Of a DNA stretch of 63,784 bases, positions 43,597 to 55,687 are shown piece after piece. The stretch spans positions 1 through 63,784 of the forward strand of contig JASHRH010000167.1 of the NCBI GenBank assembly GCA_030037475.1. Reading direction: 5' to 3'. The first letter of the stretch is position 1. Each line of letters begins with the position of its first letter. The notes beneath the pieces are model-generated. The model saw nothing but the letters and a program-made list of their open reading frames with translations. It was not told the DNA's origin and ran no database searches. This stretch comes from Acidobacteriaceae bacterium. Its GTDB lineage: Bacteria > Acidobacteriota > Terriglobia > Terriglobales > Acidobacteriaceae. A program made the translations under genes and the position numbers.

Positions 43597-46080
43597 TTAC
43601 TCGCCGCGCAGCGTCTTCATTGGATCGACGGAAGCCGCTCGCCGCGCAGGCAGCGCCGATGCGGCCATGGACAACAGCAGGACGGCCAGCGCCGCAGCCA
43701 GCATTGTGAGCGGATCGAAGCGGCTGACGTGAAAGAGGAAGGAACGCAGCAGGCCCGAGGTTATCGCCGCTCCCGCCAGTCCCAGCACGCAGCCGATGCC
43801 CGCCAGCACCAGCCCGGACCGCAGCACGAGGCTCACAATGTGGGAGCGCTCCGCGCCCAACGCCATGCGGATCGCCATCTCCTGCACGCGCGCCGCCGTG
43901 GAGAATGCGATCACGCTGTAAATGCCGAGCACCGCCAGCAACAGTGCGGCCAGCGCAAAGCTCGACACAAGCACGGTGTTGAAGCGCCGCGATTCCTCGC
44001 TGTGCGAGACCACCTGCTCCAGTGTCTGCAGTTTCGGCAGAGGCAGTTGCGGGTCGACGGAGCGCACGACCGTGCGCAGCGTGCTTTCCATCTGCTCCGG
44101 AGGCAAAGCCGAACGTACCAGGATGAACCCCGAGTTCCCGTTGATGTCGTCCGGAGTTGCGAAGGAGCCCGCGTCCTTCTCCTGCTGCGCCAACGGCAGA
44201 TAGTATTGGGCGCCCGCGTCCTGATCCGGCGAACCCAGTTTGGCGTCCGCCACTTCGCCGACTACAGTCAGCCACGGAGTGTTCATTTGCGGCGTGCCCA
44301 GCCGGATCCGCTTGCCTAGTGGATCCTGATCCGGCCAGTAGCGCTCAGCAAATTCATGATTGACGATCGCCACCAGAGGAGCGTTCGCGTTGTCGGCTTT
44401 CGTGAACCGCCGACCCCGCAGCAGCGGAATCCCGGCGGCCTGAAAGAACCTGCCATCCACGTCGAAATTGCCGGCTGATGAGCTGTGCCTCCTGTGGTCG
44501 CCCTCGACAGTCACCGCCACGCGGTAGTAATAATCCGCGCCCAGTTGCGAGTTGCTCAGGGCCGCGGCTTCCGTTCCCGGCAGCCGTTCGAGCCGCTCCA
44601 GCAATTCGCGGTTGAAGGCATCCACCTTTTCCTGGGTGCCATATTGCTCATGCGGCAGCGAGTACGCTGCGGTAATCACATGATCGGGGCTGAATCCCAG
44701 GTCTACTTCGCTCATCCGGGCGAAGCTCTGCAGCAGCAGCCCCGAGGCTGTCAGCAGCATCAGCGCGATGGCTACCTCAGCCACTACCAGGGTCGAGCGC
44801 AGCCAGCCATGATTGCCGCCCGCCGAGCCGCTGCGACCGCCCTCCTTCAGAGTCGCGTTCACGCTGGTGCGCAGCGCCGCAAACGCCGGCGCCAACCCAC
44901 AAAGCAGCCCGGTCAGCAGGGCCAGCGCCAGCGCAAAGGCGGCCACCGTCAGGTTCAGCCGGATATCATCGATGCGCGGCAGGGTGGCCGGTATCCAGTT
45001 TCTCCCCAGATGGACAGCCAGCGCGGCCAGTCCGATGCCCAGCACGCCTCCGCTCACGCTCAACGTCAGGCTCTCCAGCAGCGCCTGCCGCAGGAGCGTC
45101 GCTGCCGGCGCACCCAGCGCGAGACGCATCGCAATTTCCCGCTGGCGCTGGATAGCCCGCACCAGCAGCAGCCCCGCCAGGTTCACGCAGGCAATCAGCA
45201 GCACGACTGCGACGGCCAGAAACAGCAGCCGCAGCAAAGGCTTCGCCTGCTCCACGGTGATTTTTCCCAACGGGTGCACCATCGCCTGGATATGGAAGAT
45301 GGCCAGGTCCGGGGGCAGCTCGCGCATAATCTCCTGCGCTGTTTGTTCGGCGTCATTCTGCGCCGCAGCCACGGTCACGCCGGACTTCAGTCGGCCGACC
45401 ATCTCCCAGTTGAAGTTCGCTCCCTCTTCCGGATTCAGTTCCTCGGCGGTGTAACTCATGGGAACCCAAAGCTCGCAGCGGGCCAGCGTTCCCTCGGCGA
45501 TGGGGAACTCGAAATTCCTCGGCATCACGCCGATCACCACGTAGGGCTCTCGATTCAGCAGAATTTTCCTGCCCAGAATCTCGCGGTCGCCATTGAATCG
45601 GTTCTTCCACGTGGCATAACTCAGCACCGCCACCTGGACCTTCTGAATATCTTCCTGCTGCGTGAAAAGACGACCGATCAGCGGGTGCACTCCCAACACG
45701 GTAAACATCCCGGGCGTCATTCGCGTGGCGTGAACCTGCGCTGGCTGGCCAGCGCCGGAAAGCTCCAGTTCCTCGTGCCGAAATGCGCCAAGGCTCGCAA
45801 AAGAGTGGGTGTCGTGCGTATAGGTCACCGCTTCTGTGGCGCTGACCCGCCCCGGACCGCTCGATGCCCAGCCTGTTCCGCCAATCTGATCGCCCAGCGT
45901 TACCAGCCGGCCCGGATCGGGGAACGGCAGCGGCCGCAGCAGGATCCCGTCCACGACAGAGAAGATCGCCGTCGTCGCCCCGATCCCAAAAGCCAGCATC
46001 AGGACCGCGGTGGCCGCAAATCCAGGCGATTTTGCCAGTTGGCGGAGAACCAGCTTAAGATCGGAGATCAGGTTCTGCAT
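43597..46080 (-). CDS. ADOP-family duplicated FtsX/MacB-type ABC permease
   Basis: [60 protein letters not shown] is the hallmark N-terminus of the acidobacterial duplicated orphan permease family. The 827-aa protein has two MacB_PCD/FtsX halves. Confidence 0.85.
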   Translation of the reverse strand: MQNLISDLKLVLRQLAKSPGFAATAVLMLAFGIGATTAIFSVVDGILLRPLPFPDPGRLVTLGDQIGGTGWASSGPGRVSATEAVTYTHDTHSFASLGAFRHEELELSGAGQPAQVHATRMTPGMFTVLGVHPLIGRLFTQQEDIQKVQVAVLSYATWKNRFNGDREILGRKILLNREPYVVIGVMPRNFEFPIAEGTLARCELWVPMSYTAEELNPEEGANFNWEMVGRLKSGVTVAAAQNDAEQTAQEIMRELPPDLAIFHIQAMVHPLGKITVEQAKPLLRLLFLAVAVVLLIACVNLAGLLLVRAIQRQREIAMRLALGAPAATLLRQALLESLTLSVSGGVLGIGLAALAVHLGRNWIPATLPRIDDIRLNLTVAAFALALALLTGLLCGLAPAFAALRTSVNATLKEGGRSGSAGGNHGWLRSTLVVAEVAIALMLLTASGLLLQSFARMSEVDLGFSPDHVITAAYSLPHEQYGTQEKVDAFNRELLERLERLPGTEAAALSNSQLGADYYYRVAVTVEGDHRRHSSSAGNFDVDGRFFQAAGIPLLRGRRFTKADNANAPLVAIVNHEFAERYWPDQDPLGKRIRLGTPQMNTPWLTVVGEVADAKLGSPDQDAGAQYYLPLAQQEKDAGSFATPDDINGNSGFILVRSALPPEQMESTLRTVVRSVDPQLPLPKLQTLEQVVSHSEESRRFNTVLVSSFALAALLLAVLGIYSVIAFSTAARVQEMAIRMALGAERSHIVSLVLRSGLVLAGIGCVLGLAGAAITSGLLRSFLFHVSRFDPLTMLAAALAVLLLSMAASALPARRAASVDPMKTLRGE

Positions 46081-46969
46081 GGGCGTTGGCTAGCGTTGCA
46101 GGGTCCGTGTAGTCCTTTTAACTAAATCACAGGCTATGGGAAAAGCAAGCCTTAACTTCGCCGTCGGAGCATGTTACATGGGATTTATCTGCGGATATTG
46201 CCCGAGGATTTGCATATGCTTCCGCAAACTTCACGCAAGTGGCTGATTTTCTTCTCAATCCCGCACAGCGAAGACCCCAGGTATGTCCAAAACCAAAGTT
46301 CGCCAACGAACACAGCAGGATGGCGATGCTATTGGCAACAAGCCCCAATCTCCTGACCTTCGATTCAGAAACGCCGGATTACTCACAGGCACCAGCGCGC
46401 AAACACGTTCATGGCAGCGGTTCCTGCCGGTAAAGTTCAGCGGTGTGGCGGATTCCAACCGCGGCCGCCATGGCGAGCATGATGCCCGCAGCGATCGCAC
46501 CGCCCAGATCGAACAGCAAAATCCGGTGCCCCAGTACTCGCACGTAAGGATTTCCCAGCGCGTTCAGCATTTTCCCGTGCGTGCCTTTGTTCTCACGGCG
46601 GCATTGCTGCATGCACCTGGCTTCCGCGGAAAATTCCTTCGCCTCTGGCGTTTTCTGGTCCCTTTCGACGAACTGTGGGCGCTCTCGCCCTTTCTGCTCC
46701 TTCACCACATCAATTTCGGACTCGCGCTGGCCTGCATGGCGCTCCTCGCGTGCTCGCCGTTTGCCCAGCGTTCTCTCGTCCTGATGGGTGCAGCCGGAGC
46801 CCCGCCTCCGGTTTCCGCGCCAGCGCGCTGGAGTGATCGCCTCTTCTTATTTCCGGATTGCGTTCCGCCGCTGGGACAATAACCGCATTTCCAGTCGCAC
46901 CTGGGATCAGGAGCGGGATATACCCTCTCCATGCCTGCGGTTCGCATCGGATACACTGGCTGTTACGTC

Positions 46970-47467
46970 ATGAACTCCCTTTCTATGCATTCGGATAATC
47001 TCGCCTCCACCCGGGACGACATGATCGCCTTCATCGAAGGCCATGGCATGAAGCGCATTCCCGGCCATGCTGGCGAAGACGTGCCCTCAATCGTCTGGGA
47101 AGATGAGGAGAATCCGGACAGCTGGAAGGATTTCGTGGAAACAGCCAAGGCCGCTGGGGCGCCATTTGTCACCATGAGCGAAGCCGTTCTCGAAAAGGAA
47201 GACGTGGAGATCCTCATCGAGGAAGTGCAGGACCAGAGCTACTCTCTGGACATGGAATCGGGCTCCTCCGAGCTGGACGAGGCGCAGTCCCTGGTGAACC
47301 ACATCGGCAAGATCGGCCATATCCAGCTTGGCTTTGCTCATCAGGGCATCATGTTTCTCCATGAACTCTCCACGGAGTGGTACGAGCACTATCAGCAGCT
47401 TCTCGACTCCATGGACGATGTGGGTGGCGTGGTTTTTGAAGACGAGGACGAAGACGAGGAGCCGTGA
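46970..47467 (+). CDS. Acidic hypothetical protein, translationally coupled to recJ
   Basis: MNSLSMHSDNLASTRDDMIAFIEGHG...VVFEDEDEDEEP. It is strongly acidic with a poly-acidic C-terminal tail. Its TGA stop overlaps the recJ GTG start (GTGA at 47464-47467). No family recognised. Confidence 0.55.
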   Translation: MNSLSMHSDNLASTRDDMIAFIEGHGMKRIPGHAGEDVPSIVWEDEENPDSWKDFVETAKAAGAPFVTMSEAVLEKEDVEILIEEVQDQSYSLDMESGSSELDEAQSLVNHIGKIGHIQLGFAHQGIMFLHELSTEWYEHYQQLLDSMDDVGGVVFEDEDEDEEP

Positions 47468-49227
47468 TCGCGGCTTTGGTTCCCGTACTCCCGCCTCGCT
47501 GGACCCTGGCTGCACCGTCCCCTGAAGATTCGGCTTTGGCAGCTGCTCTCATTGGGGAAACGCAGCTTCCGCCGGTGGTGGCCGAGTTGCTGGTGGCTCG
47601 CGGTGTCCGCACCAGCGAGGAGGCGCAACGCTTCCTGTATCCTCGCGTCGAGGATCTCCTCGACCCCTTCTCGATGCGCGGCATGGATCGCGCGGTGGAG
47701 CGCATCCAGCGCGCCGTCGCTGAGCGGGAGCCGATCCTCATTTACGGCGACTACGACGTAGATGGCACCTCGGCCACCGTGCTGCTGAAGACGGCGATTG
47801 AGCGCCTGGGCGGCACGGTCCGCTTCCATATCCCCCACCGGCTGCGTGAGGGCTATGGCATGCAGCGAGAGATTCTGGAGATCGCCGCTCGTGAGGGCGT
47901 TCGCCTCGTCGTCAGCGTCGATACCGGGATCCGCGCCTTTGCTGCTGCGGACGCAGCTGCCGAACTGGGGCTGGACCTGATCGTCACCGATCATCACCTG
48001 CCCGAGCCGGAACTGGGCACGCCGCGTGCCCTGGCCGTGCTGAACCCGAATCAGCCCGGCTGCGAATACGGTTGTCGCCATCTTTGCGGCGCCGGCGTCG
48101 CATTCAAGCTTTCGCAGGCACTGCTGGAGGCGTGGGACCGCGACCGGGCCCGGACGAAGATCCTGCCATCGTTTCTGAAGATGCTGGCCATCGCCACCAT
48201 CGCAGACGCCGTCCCATTGCTGGGCGAAAACCGGATCTTCGTGGCGCTGGGGTTAGCAGAGCTGCGCCGCCCCGTCGGCCTCGGCCTGCGTGCGTTGATG
48301 CGGGAGGCACAGATCGATCCGGCGCGCCGTCCCCTCAATCCGGTCGATGTCGCGTTTCGTCTGGCGCCGCGCATCAATGCTGCCGGACGAATGGATATCG
48401 CCAGCGAGGTCATCGAGCTCTTCACGACACGCGACGATGCGCGTGCCCGCGAGTTGGCTGCGAAGCTTGAACGGCTGAATCAGGATCGTCGCGCCGCTGA
48501 GGCCGCAATGCTGGGCGAAATCGCCGCTCGCCTCGACGAGCCATGCTTCCGCGATGCTCGCTGCATTGTGATGGACGGGGATGGCTGGCACCGCGGGGTC
48601 ATCGGCATTCTCGCCTCGCGCATCGTCAGCCAAACCGGCAAGCCTGCTGTTGTGGTGACTCGCGAAAACGGTGAAGCCTATGGTTCGGGCCGGTCCATCG
48701 CGGCCTTCAATCTTCTGGAAGCCATCGAGAGCTGTCATGAGCTGTTCACTCGTTTCGGCGGCCACGCGCACGCAGTCGGCTTTTCCCTGCCCTCGGAGCG
48801 CGTGCCGGAGCTGCGCCAGCGGCTCGCTGCCTGGGCGGCCGCGCATCTGCGCGACGAGGACCTCGGCAATCCTCTGGGATGTCATGCCGAACTGCCGCTG
48901 GACGAAGTCACGCCGGCACTCTTCGACTGGCTGCGCCGACTGGAGCCGTTTGGTATGGAAAACGAAGAACCCGTCTTCGTGGCGCGCAATGTTCGTGTCA
49001 CGGCACCGCTACAGTTTATGAAGGAAAAACATGTGCGGCTGCGCGTGACCCAGGGACAGACGTTTTCCGCCGTTGGCTGGAACCTCGCCGCTCGCATTCG
49101 CGATCTGCAAATCGGTCCCGACTCTGTCGTTCACCTCGCCTACCGGGTGCGGCACAACGATCATCCGGATTTTGGCGGTCTTGAGTTGGAGATTGCCGGG
49201 ATCGAGCCGGCGCCCTCCTGTGCCTGA
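47464..49227 (+). CDS. recJ: Single-stranded-DNA-specific 5'-3' exonuclease RecJ
   Basis: DHH-family motifs ILIYGDYDVDGTSA, VVSVDTG and LIVTDHHLP, plus DHHA1 ...GGHAHAVGFS... 587 aa. GTG start. Confidence 0.95.
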   Translation: MIAALVPVLPPRWTLAAPSPEDSALAAALIGETQLPPVVAELLVARGVRTSEEAQRFLYPRVEDLLDPFSMRGMDRAVERIQRAVAEREPILIYGDYDVDGTSATVLLKTAIERLGGTVRFHIPHRLREGYGMQREILEIAAREGVRLVVSVDTGIRAFAAADAAAELGLDLIVTDHHLPEPELGTPRALAVLNPNQPGCEYGCRHLCGAGVAFKLSQALLEAWDRDRARTKILPSFLKMLAIATIADAVPLLGENRIFVALGLAELRRPVGLGLRALMREAQIDPARRPLNPVDVAFRLAPRINAAGRMDIASEVIELFTTRDDARARELAAKLERLNQDRRAAEAAMLGEIAARLDEPCFRDARCIVMDGDGWHRGVIGILASRIVSQTGKPAVVVTRENGEAYGSGRSIAAFNLLEAIESCHELFTRFGGHAHAVGFSLPSERVPELRQRLAAWAAAHLRDEDLGNPLGCHAELPLDEVTPALFDWLRRLEPFGMENEEPVFVARNVRVTAPLQFMKEKHVRLRVTQGQTFSAVGWNLAARIRDLQIGPDSVVHLAYRVRHNDHPDFGGLELEIAGIEPAPSCA

Positions 49228-49334
49228 AGCAGTAGCGATTCACCGGATCCCAACATCGTCAACGGACGCGCCTGGACTTTGCGTGGCGCGAGTCCTACCG
49301 TGGAAAGAGAGACATCTTCGGAAAGGAGGCTGCT

Positions 49335-51737
49335 GTGAGCGCTTCCGTATCCGCTCCCGAAAAAGTTCTGTCGGCGGAAGAACTTCGCCAGATCGATGCG
49401 TATTGGCGGGTCTGCAATTACCTCTGCGCCGGAATGATTTATCTGTACGACAATCCTCTCCTGCGAGAACCGCTGCAACCCGAGCACATTAAGAAGCGGC
49501 TGCTGGGCCACTGGGGCTCCGATCCGGGACAGACCTTCATCTGGGTGCATCTGAACCGGCTGATCCGGAAGTACGACCTGAATATGATTTACATCTCCGG
49601 GCCCGGACACGGTGCGCCCGCCACGCTGTCGAACGCCTGGATGGAAGGCACGTATTCCGAAATTTATCCCGACAAGAGTCAGGACCTCGAGGGCCTGACG
49701 CGCTTCTTTCGGCAATTTTCCTTTCCTGGCGGCATCGGCAGTCACTGCACGCCGGAAATGCCCGGCTCCATTCATGAGGGCGGCGAACTGGGATACAGTC
49801 TGTCGCATGCATTCGGCGCGGCATTCGACAACCCTGATTTAATCGTCAACTGCGTCGTGGGCGACGGCGAAGCGGAAACCGGCCCGATGGCGACCTCGTG
49901 GCACAGTAACAAGTTTCTGAATCCCGCACGCGACGGCGCGGTGCTGCCCATTCTGCACCTGAACGGCTACAAAATCGCGAACCCGACGATCCTTGCACGC
50001 ATCCCGCACGAAGAGCTGGATTCGCTGTTCCGCGGCTACGGATGGACGCCGCATTTCGTCAAGGGCGACGATCCGGAGATGATGCACCAGACGATGGCGG
50101 CCACGCTGGAAGAATGCATTGACCAGATTCGCGGGATCCAGCGTGACGCACGCGAGCACGGCAAGCTCGTGGGCGGCAATTCCGGATGGCCGCGCTGGCC
50201 CATGATCGTGCTGCGTTCGCCCAAAGGCTGGACCGGGCCGAAAGAGGTCGATGGTCATCGCGTGGAAGGCTTCTGGCGTGCTCATCAGGTACCGATTCTC
50301 GAAGTCGCGGAGAATCCGAAGCACCTGAAGCTGCTGGAAGACTGGCTGCGCAGCTATCGGCCGGAGGAGCTGTTCGATGAAAACGGTACTCCTGTCGCCG
50401 AGTTGCGCACGCTGGCTCCCAAAGGCGACCGCAGAATGTCGGCCAATCCGCACGCCAATGGCGGCAAGCTCCGGCAGCCGCTTCACATGCCGGATTTTCG
50501 AGACTACGCCGTGAAGGTGGAGAGGCCGGCGAGCGAATATGTGGGCTCGGCGGAAATTTTGGCGCACTTTTTGCGTGACGTGATGCGGAACAACATGACA
50601 AACTTCCGTGTCTTCGGGCCGGATGAGACGGCTTCGAATCGTTTACAGGCGATCTACGAGGCGAGTCCGAAAACCTGGATGGAAGAGATTCGGCCGGAAG
50701 ACGCGGACGGCACGCAAATCGCTCCGGACGGCCGCGTGATGGAGATGCTGAGCGAGCACACGCTGGAGGGCTGGCTGGAAGGCTATCTCCTCACCGGCCG
50801 ACACGGCTTCTTTGCCAGCTATGAGGCTTTCGTGCACGTGATCGACTCAATGTTCAATCAGCATGCCAAATGGCTGGAGAAGTCCAAGACGGAACTCCGA
50901 TGGCGCGCTGCGGTTTCTTCGCTGAATTTGCTGATCACGTCAGTCGTCTGGCGGCAGGATCACAACGGTTTCTCGCATCAGGATCCAGGATTCCTAGACG
51001 TGGTCGCCAACAAGAGCGCCGAAGTGGTGCGCATCTATCTGCCTCCTGACGCCAATTGCCTGCTGAGCGTCGCCGACCACTGCCTGCGTTCCGTCGATTA
51101 TGTCAACGTGATTGTGGCGGACAAGCAGCCGCACCTGCAATACCTGGATATGGACGCGGCGATCAAACATTGCACCAAAGGAGCGGGCATCTGGGATTTC
51201 GCCAGCACGGACGATGGCGTGGAGCCCGACGCGGTGCTGGCCTGCGCCGGGGACATCGCCACCATGGAAGCCCTGGCCGCGGCGGCCATCCTGCGCCAGC
51301 ACTTCCCTGACCTGAAGCTGCGCTTTGTGAACGTCGTCGATCTGTTTCGCCTGCAGCCGGAGTCGGAACATCCGCACGGGCTCTCGGACGCAGAATTCGA
51401 TTCTCTGTTTACCGGTGATAGGCCGGTAATCTTCAACTTCCACGGCTATCCGCTGCTGATTCACCGGCTGACCTATCGCCGGCACAATCACGACAACATT
51501 CACGTCCGCGGCTACAAGGAACAGGGCAATATCAACACGCCACTGGAGCTGGCGATCCTGAACAATGTGAGCCGTTACAACCTGGCGCTGGACATCATCG
51601 ATCGCGTTCCGCGCCTGCGCGACATCGGCGCGCATGCACAGGACTGGCTGCGCGATCAGATTACCGAGAGCCTGAACTATGCGCACACCTGGGGCATCGA
51701 CAAGCCGGAGATCCGGGAGTGGACATGGCCGCTGTGA
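49335..51737 (+). CDS. xfp: Xylulose-5-phosphate/fructose-6-phosphate phosphoketolase
   Basis: ...[24 protein letters not shown]...[11 protein letters not shown]...[16 protein letters not shown]... are typical XFP signatures. 800 aa. GTG start. Confidence 0.95.
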   Translation: MSASVSAPEKVLSAEELRQIDAYWRVCNYLCAGMIYLYDNPLLREPLQPEHIKKRLLGHWGSDPGQTFIWVHLNRLIRKYDLNMIYISGPGHGAPATLSNAWMEGTYSEIYPDKSQDLEGLTRFFRQFSFPGGIGSHCTPEMPGSIHEGGELGYSLSHAFGAAFDNPDLIVNCVVGDGEAETGPMATSWHSNKFLNPARDGAVLPILHLNGYKIANPTILARIPHEELDSLFRGYGWTPHFVKGDDPEMMHQTMAATLEECIDQIRGIQRDAREHGKLVGGNSGWPRWPMIVLRSPKGWTGPKEVDGHRVEGFWRAHQVPILEVAENPKHLKLLEDWLRSYRPEELFDENGTPVAELRTLAPKGDRRMSANPHANGGKLRQPLHMPDFRDYAVKVERPASEYVGSAEILAHFLRDVMRNNMTNFRVFGPDETASNRLQAIYEASPKTWMEEIRPEDADGTQIAPDGRVMEMLSEHTLEGWLEGYLLTGRHGFFASYEAFVHVIDSMFNQHAKWLEKSKTELRWRAAVSSLNLLITSVVWRQDHNGFSHQDPGFLDVVANKSAEVVRIYLPPDANCLLSVADHCLRSVDYVNVIVADKQPHLQYLDMDAAIKHCTKGAGIWDFASTDDGVEPDAVLACAGDIATMEALAAAAILRQHFPDLKLRFVNVVDLFRLQPESEHPHGLSDAEFDSLFTGDRPVIFNFHGYPLLIHRLTYRRHNHDNIHVRGYKEQGNINTPLELAILNNVSRYNLALDIIDRVPRLRDIGAHAQDWLRDQITESLNYAHTWGIDKPEIREWTWPL

Positions 51738-52879
51738 ATCCGGACGAAGATCTGGTGCTGGCGATTAACAGCGGATCGTCATCGCTGAAGTTCGGGCTCT
51801 ACCGGCGGCCCTCCGACGACGTTGATCCTCCACTGGTGATGAAGGGCGGCGCGGATGGCATCGGCCATCCTGACGGCCGGCTGCAGGTGAAATCCGCGGA
51901 GGGACAGCCGCTGCTGGACAAGGCGTACGCGCTGCATTCACAGGGCGAAGCGCTGAAGCAAATCCTGGATGCAGTGGCGAAGTTCGCCGGTGCGCACCCT
52001 GCCGCGGTTGGGAATCGAATTGTCCATGGCGGACCACACTTGCGCGAGCATCAGGCGATCACCCCGGGACTGGTGAAGACACTGCGGGAGGCGGTGCACT
52101 TTGCCCCGCTGCACATTCCTCCGGCTGTGAAGCTGATCGAGGAGACGGCGCGGCTGCTGCCAGGCGTGGCGCAGTATGCCTGCTTCGACACAGCGTTCCA
52201 TCGCACTATGCCTGAGACTTCGCGGCGTTTTGCGCTGCCCGAACATTTGTACAACATGGGCGTGGAGCGCTTCGGCTTTCACGGGCTTTCGTATGAGTCG
52301 ATTGTGGAGCGACTCGGTGATGCGCTGCCCGAACGCGTGGTCTGCGCGCATCTCGGTTCCGGCGCCAGTCTGGTCGCGCTGCACCGCGGGCGATCCATCG
52401 ATACCAGCATGGGCATGACACCGACAGGAGGCATCCCGATGGCCACGCGCAGCGGCGATCTCGATCCCGGCATCCTGCTGTTCCTGCTGCGCACGGAGCA
52501 TCTCTCCGCGGATCAGGTGGAGAATCTGCTGAACCGCGAATCGGGCCTGGCCGCGCTTTCCGGAGGCGAGTCGGACATGCGCCTGCTTGAAAAAGCTGCG
52601 GCAGACGGCAATGTGCGGGCGAAACTAGCGACTGAAAGCTTCGCCTTCGCGGCGCGGAAGTTCATCGGCGCCTACGCGGCCGAGCTGGGCGGCCTCGATC
52701 TGCTGGTCTTCACCGGGGGCATCGGCGAGCACAGCGCCTCGATGCGCGACCGGATTTGCCGCGGACTGGATTTTCTGGGCGTGACCTGCGGCGATCCTGC
52801 CGGTTGCGCCAAAGTTTGCGTGATGGAAAGCGAGGAAGAGCTGCAGATCGCGCGGATTACCTGGCGACTGCACCGATGA
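51719..52879 (+). CDS. ackA: Acetate kinase
   Basis: ...[16 protein letters not shown]..., ...GNRIVHGG..., ...[10 protein letters not shown]..., ...RFGFHGLSY... and ...[10 protein letters not shown]... It overlaps the xfp 3' end by 19 nt. An alternative start is M3 at 51725. Confidence 0.9.
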   Translation: MDMAAVNPDEDLVLAINSGSSSLKFGLYRRPSDDVDPPLVMKGGADGIGHPDGRLQVKSAEGQPLLDKAYALHSQGEALKQILDAVAKFAGAHPAAVGNRIVHGGPHLREHQAITPGLVKTLREAVHFAPLHIPPAVKLIEETARLLPGVAQYACFDTAFHRTMPETSRRFALPEHLYNMGVERFGFHGLSYESIVERLGDALPERVVCAHLGSGASLVALHRGRSIDTSMGMTPTGGIPMATRSGDLDPGILLFLLRTEHLSADQVENLLNRESGLAALSGGESDMRLLEKAAADGNVRAKLATESFAFAARKFIGAYAAELGGLDLLVFTGGIGEHSASMRDRICRGLDFLGVTCGDPAGCAKVCVMESEEELQIARITWRLHR

Positions 52880-53074
52880 GTACTTCGGTGGCTGGGCCGT
52901 GGCCACCAGGGTTGACGCTGCTTCTTCCGGCCACGAATAATAAAGATTCGCCTGAAGCGCACTTCCATGCCGTCAGGCAGGAGTACGCCCGCACAGGCAG
53001 AAGATCAGAATCCGGACGGCCTGGCCGGGCGTCAATACCAGAGAAGGAATTGTGACCGAATTCAAGAGAGTTGG

Positions 53075-53773
53075 ATGCAAGCGATGAGCACTGCGGTCGC
53101 GAGTCCGCGCGAAAACCGGGCCCCGGGGTTCTGGGGGTCCACGAATGGCAGGAAAGCCGTCATGGCAGTGACGGGATTCATCCTGTTCCTGTTCGTCATC
53201 GGCCATTTGCTCGGCAATCTGCAGGTCTTCGATGGCCCGGTGCGCCTGAATGCCTATGGACGCTTCCTGCACAACCTGGGCGAGCTCCTGTGGATTGTCC
53301 GCGGCATTCTGATCCTGTGCGTGGTGCTGCACATCTGGGCCACCTTTGTGCTCTGGCGGCGGAATCGCGACGCACGACCCATCGGCTATCAGGTGAAGAA
53401 GTCCGTTGCCTCCTCCTACGCGGACCGGACGATGTACTGGAGCGGGCCGATCGTTCTGGCGTTCGTGATCTTCCACCTGCTGGAGTTCACGTCGGGCACG
53501 ATCCATCCTGAGTCGCGTTTCATTCCCGGTGATGTGTACCACAACGTAGTGGCGGGGTTCAGCGTGTGGTGGGTTTCAGCGTGGTACATCTTCGCGCTGA
53601 TCCTGCTGGGCATGCACCTAAGGCACGGATTGTGGAGCATGTTTCAGTCGCTGGGACTGAACCATCCGCGGCACACACCGGTGCTGAAGCAGGCGGCTCT
53701 GTGGATCGCGATTCTCATTACCGCGGGATACATTTCGATTCCGGTGAGTGTTTTGGCGGGCTGGGTGCGATAG
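53075..53773 (+). CDS. sdhC: Succinate dehydrogenase/fumarate reductase cytochrome b subunit (b558-type, single membrane anchor)
   Basis: Five hydrophobic helices with conserved His (…VIGHLLGNL…, …VLHIWATF…, …VIFHLLEF…, …GMHLRHGLWS…). It lies immediately upstream of sdhA (TAG-ATG junction). Start chosen at MQAMSTAV. The longest ORF starts at 52967. Confidence 0.7.
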   Translation: MQAMSTAVASPRENRAPGFWGSTNGRKAVMAVTGFILFLFVIGHLLGNLQVFDGPVRLNAYGRFLHNLGELLWIVRGILILCVVLHIWATFVLWRRNRDARPIGYQVKKSVASSYADRTMYWSGPIVLAFVIFHLLEFTSGTIHPESRFIPGDVYHNVVAGFSVWWVSAWYIFALILLGMHLRHGLWSMFQSLGLNHPRHTPVLKQAALWIAILITAGYISIPVSVLAGWVR

Positions 53774-55687
53774 ATGAAACTCGATGCAGGAATCCCTTCG
53801 GGACCGATTGAGCAGGCCTGGGACAAAGCTCGTTTCGAGATGAAGCTGGTGAACCCGGCGAACAAGCGGCGACACAACCTGATCGTGGTGGGAACCGGCC
53901 TGGCGGGCGGCTCGGCCGCGGCCACCCTGGGCGAGCTGGGCTACAACGTCAGGTGCTTCTGCTTTCAGGATTCGCCGCGACGGGCGCACTCGATTGCCGC
54001 GCAGGGCGGCATCAACGCGGCCAAAAACTACCCGAACGACGGCGACAGCATTTATCGGCTCTTTTACGACACGGTGAAGGGCGGCGATTTCCGCGCCCGT
54101 GAAGCCAACGTTTACCGGCTGGCGCAGAACAGCGTGAACATCATCGACCAGTGCGTAGCACAGGGTGTTCCGTTTGCCCGCGAGTACGGCGGCTCACTGG
54201 AAAATCGTTCTTTCGGCGGAGCGCAGGTTTCCCGCACATTCTACGCGCGCGGACAGACCGGACAGCAGCTCCTGCTGGGCGCGTACCAGGCACTGGAGCG
54301 CCAGGTGGACGCCGGCCAGGTGACGATGTTTCCGCGCAGCGAAATGCTGGACCTGATCGTGGTGGACGGAAAGGCCCGCGGCATTGTGGTGCGCAACCTG
54401 GTCACTGGCAAGCTGAGCGTCCACATCGCCGACGCGGTGATTCTGGCGACCGGCGGATACGGGAACGTCTACTACCTCTCGACCAACGCCAAGGGATCGA
54501 ACGCCACGGCGATCTGGCGGGCGTACAAACGGGGCGCCTTGTTCGCGAATCCCTGCTTCACGCAGATCCACCCGACATGCATTCCCGTTTCCGGCGACTA
54601 CCAGTCGAAGCTGACCCTGATGAGCGAATCGCTGCGCAACGACGGGCGTATCTGGGTTCCGAAACAGAAGGGCGACAAGCGTCCGCCGAACCAGATTCCT
54701 GAAGGAGAGCGCGATTATTATCTCGAGCGGCGGTATCCGAGCTTTGGCAATCTGGTGCCGCGCGATGTCGCCTCCCGCAATGCCAAAGCTGTCTGCGATG
54801 AAGGCCGCGGCGTGGGTGAGACCGGCCTGGGCGTCTACCTCGATTTCTCCGAGGCCATGCAGCGGCTGGGCGAGGAGACCATCCGCGAACGCTATGGGAA
54901 CCTGTTCGATATGTATCAGCGCATCACGGACGAGAACCCGTACAAGGTTCCGATGCGCATTTATCCCGCCATCCACTACACGATGGGCGGCCTCTGGGTG
55001 GATTATCAGCTGCAGAGCACGATTCCGGGGCTGTTTGTTCTGGGCGAGGCGAACTTCTCCGATCACGGGGCGAATCGCCTGGGCGCCAGCGCGCTGATGC
55101 AGGGGCTTTCGGACGGGTATTTCGTCATTCCCTACACAGTCGGGAACTACCTGGCCTCAACGAAACTGGGAAAGGTGAGCGAAACCGGCGCAGAAGCGCA
55201 GGCGGTGCTGACTTCGGTACAGCAGGGAGTGGAAAGACTACTGGCAATTCCTGGCAGGCGTACGGTCGACTCATTCCACCGCGAGCTGGGCAAGATTGTG
55301 TGGGACGACTGCGGCATGTCGCGCACAGCCCCGGGGCTGAAGGACGCCATCGGCAGGATTCGCGCGCTGCGCGAGGAGTTCTGGCAGAACGTGAACGTGC
55401 CGGGATCGAGCAACGACCTGAACCAGAGCCTGGAGAAAGCCGGGCGCGTGGCGGACTTTCTGGAGCTCGGCGAGCTGATGTGCATGGACGCGCTGGAGCG
55501 AAACGAATCGTGCGGTGGCCACTTCCGCGAAGAATATCAGACCCCGGATGGCGAGGCGCAACGCGACGACGAACATTTCAGCTATGTGGCGGCATGGGGC
55601 TATACCGGGCCAGGGAATCCGCCTGAGCTGAGCAGGGAGCCGCTGGAATTTCACTACGTCCACCCCAGCCAGAGGAGCTACAAGTAA
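53774..55687 (+). CDS. sdhA: Succinate dehydrogenase/fumarate reductase flavoprotein subunit
   Basis: FAD-binding [27 protein letters not shown] contains the covalent-FAD His. ...[10 protein letters not shown]... is present. 637 aa. Confidence 0.95.
   Translation: MKLDAGIPSGPIEQAWDKARFEMKLVNPANKRRHNLIVVGTGLAGGSAAATLGELGYNVRCFCFQDSPRRAHSIAAQGGINAAKNYPNDGDSIYRLFYDTVKGGDFRAREANVYRLAQNSVNIIDQCVAQGVPFAREYGGSLENRSFGGAQVSRTFYARGQTGQQLLLGAYQALERQVDAGQVTMFPRSEMLDLIVVDGKARGIVVRNLVTGKLSVHIADAVILATGGYGNVYYLSTNAKGSNATAIWRAYKRGALFANPCFTQIHPTCIPVSGDYQSKLTLMSESLRNDGRIWVPKQKGDKRPPNQIPEGERDYYLERRYPSFGNLVPRDVASRNAKAVCDEGRGVGETGLGVYLDFSEAMQRLGEETIRERYGNLFDMYQRITDENPYKVPMRIYPAIHYTMGGLWVDYQLQSTIPGLFVLGEANFSDHGANRLGASALMQGLSDGYFVIPYTVGNYLASTKLGKVSETGAEAQAVLTSVQQGVERLLAIPGRRTVDSFHRELGKIVWDDCGMSRTAPGLKDAIGRIRALREEFWQNVNVPGSSNDLNQSLEKAGRVADFLELGELMCMDALERNESCGGHFREEYQTPDGEAQRDDEHFSYVAAWGYTGPGNPPELSREPLEFHYVHPSQRSYK

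Noticed and set aside
44485-46125. 546-aa plus-strand ORF
   Set aside because: It lies antisense to the ADOP permease gene. Its extreme Arg/Gln/His/Pro bias is not protein-like.
46090-46500. Expected PadR-family regulator upstream of the ADOP permease
   Set aside because: None of the ORFs in the interval shows the PadR winged-helix pattern (46127-46348 -, 46255-46500 -, 46283-46882 +).
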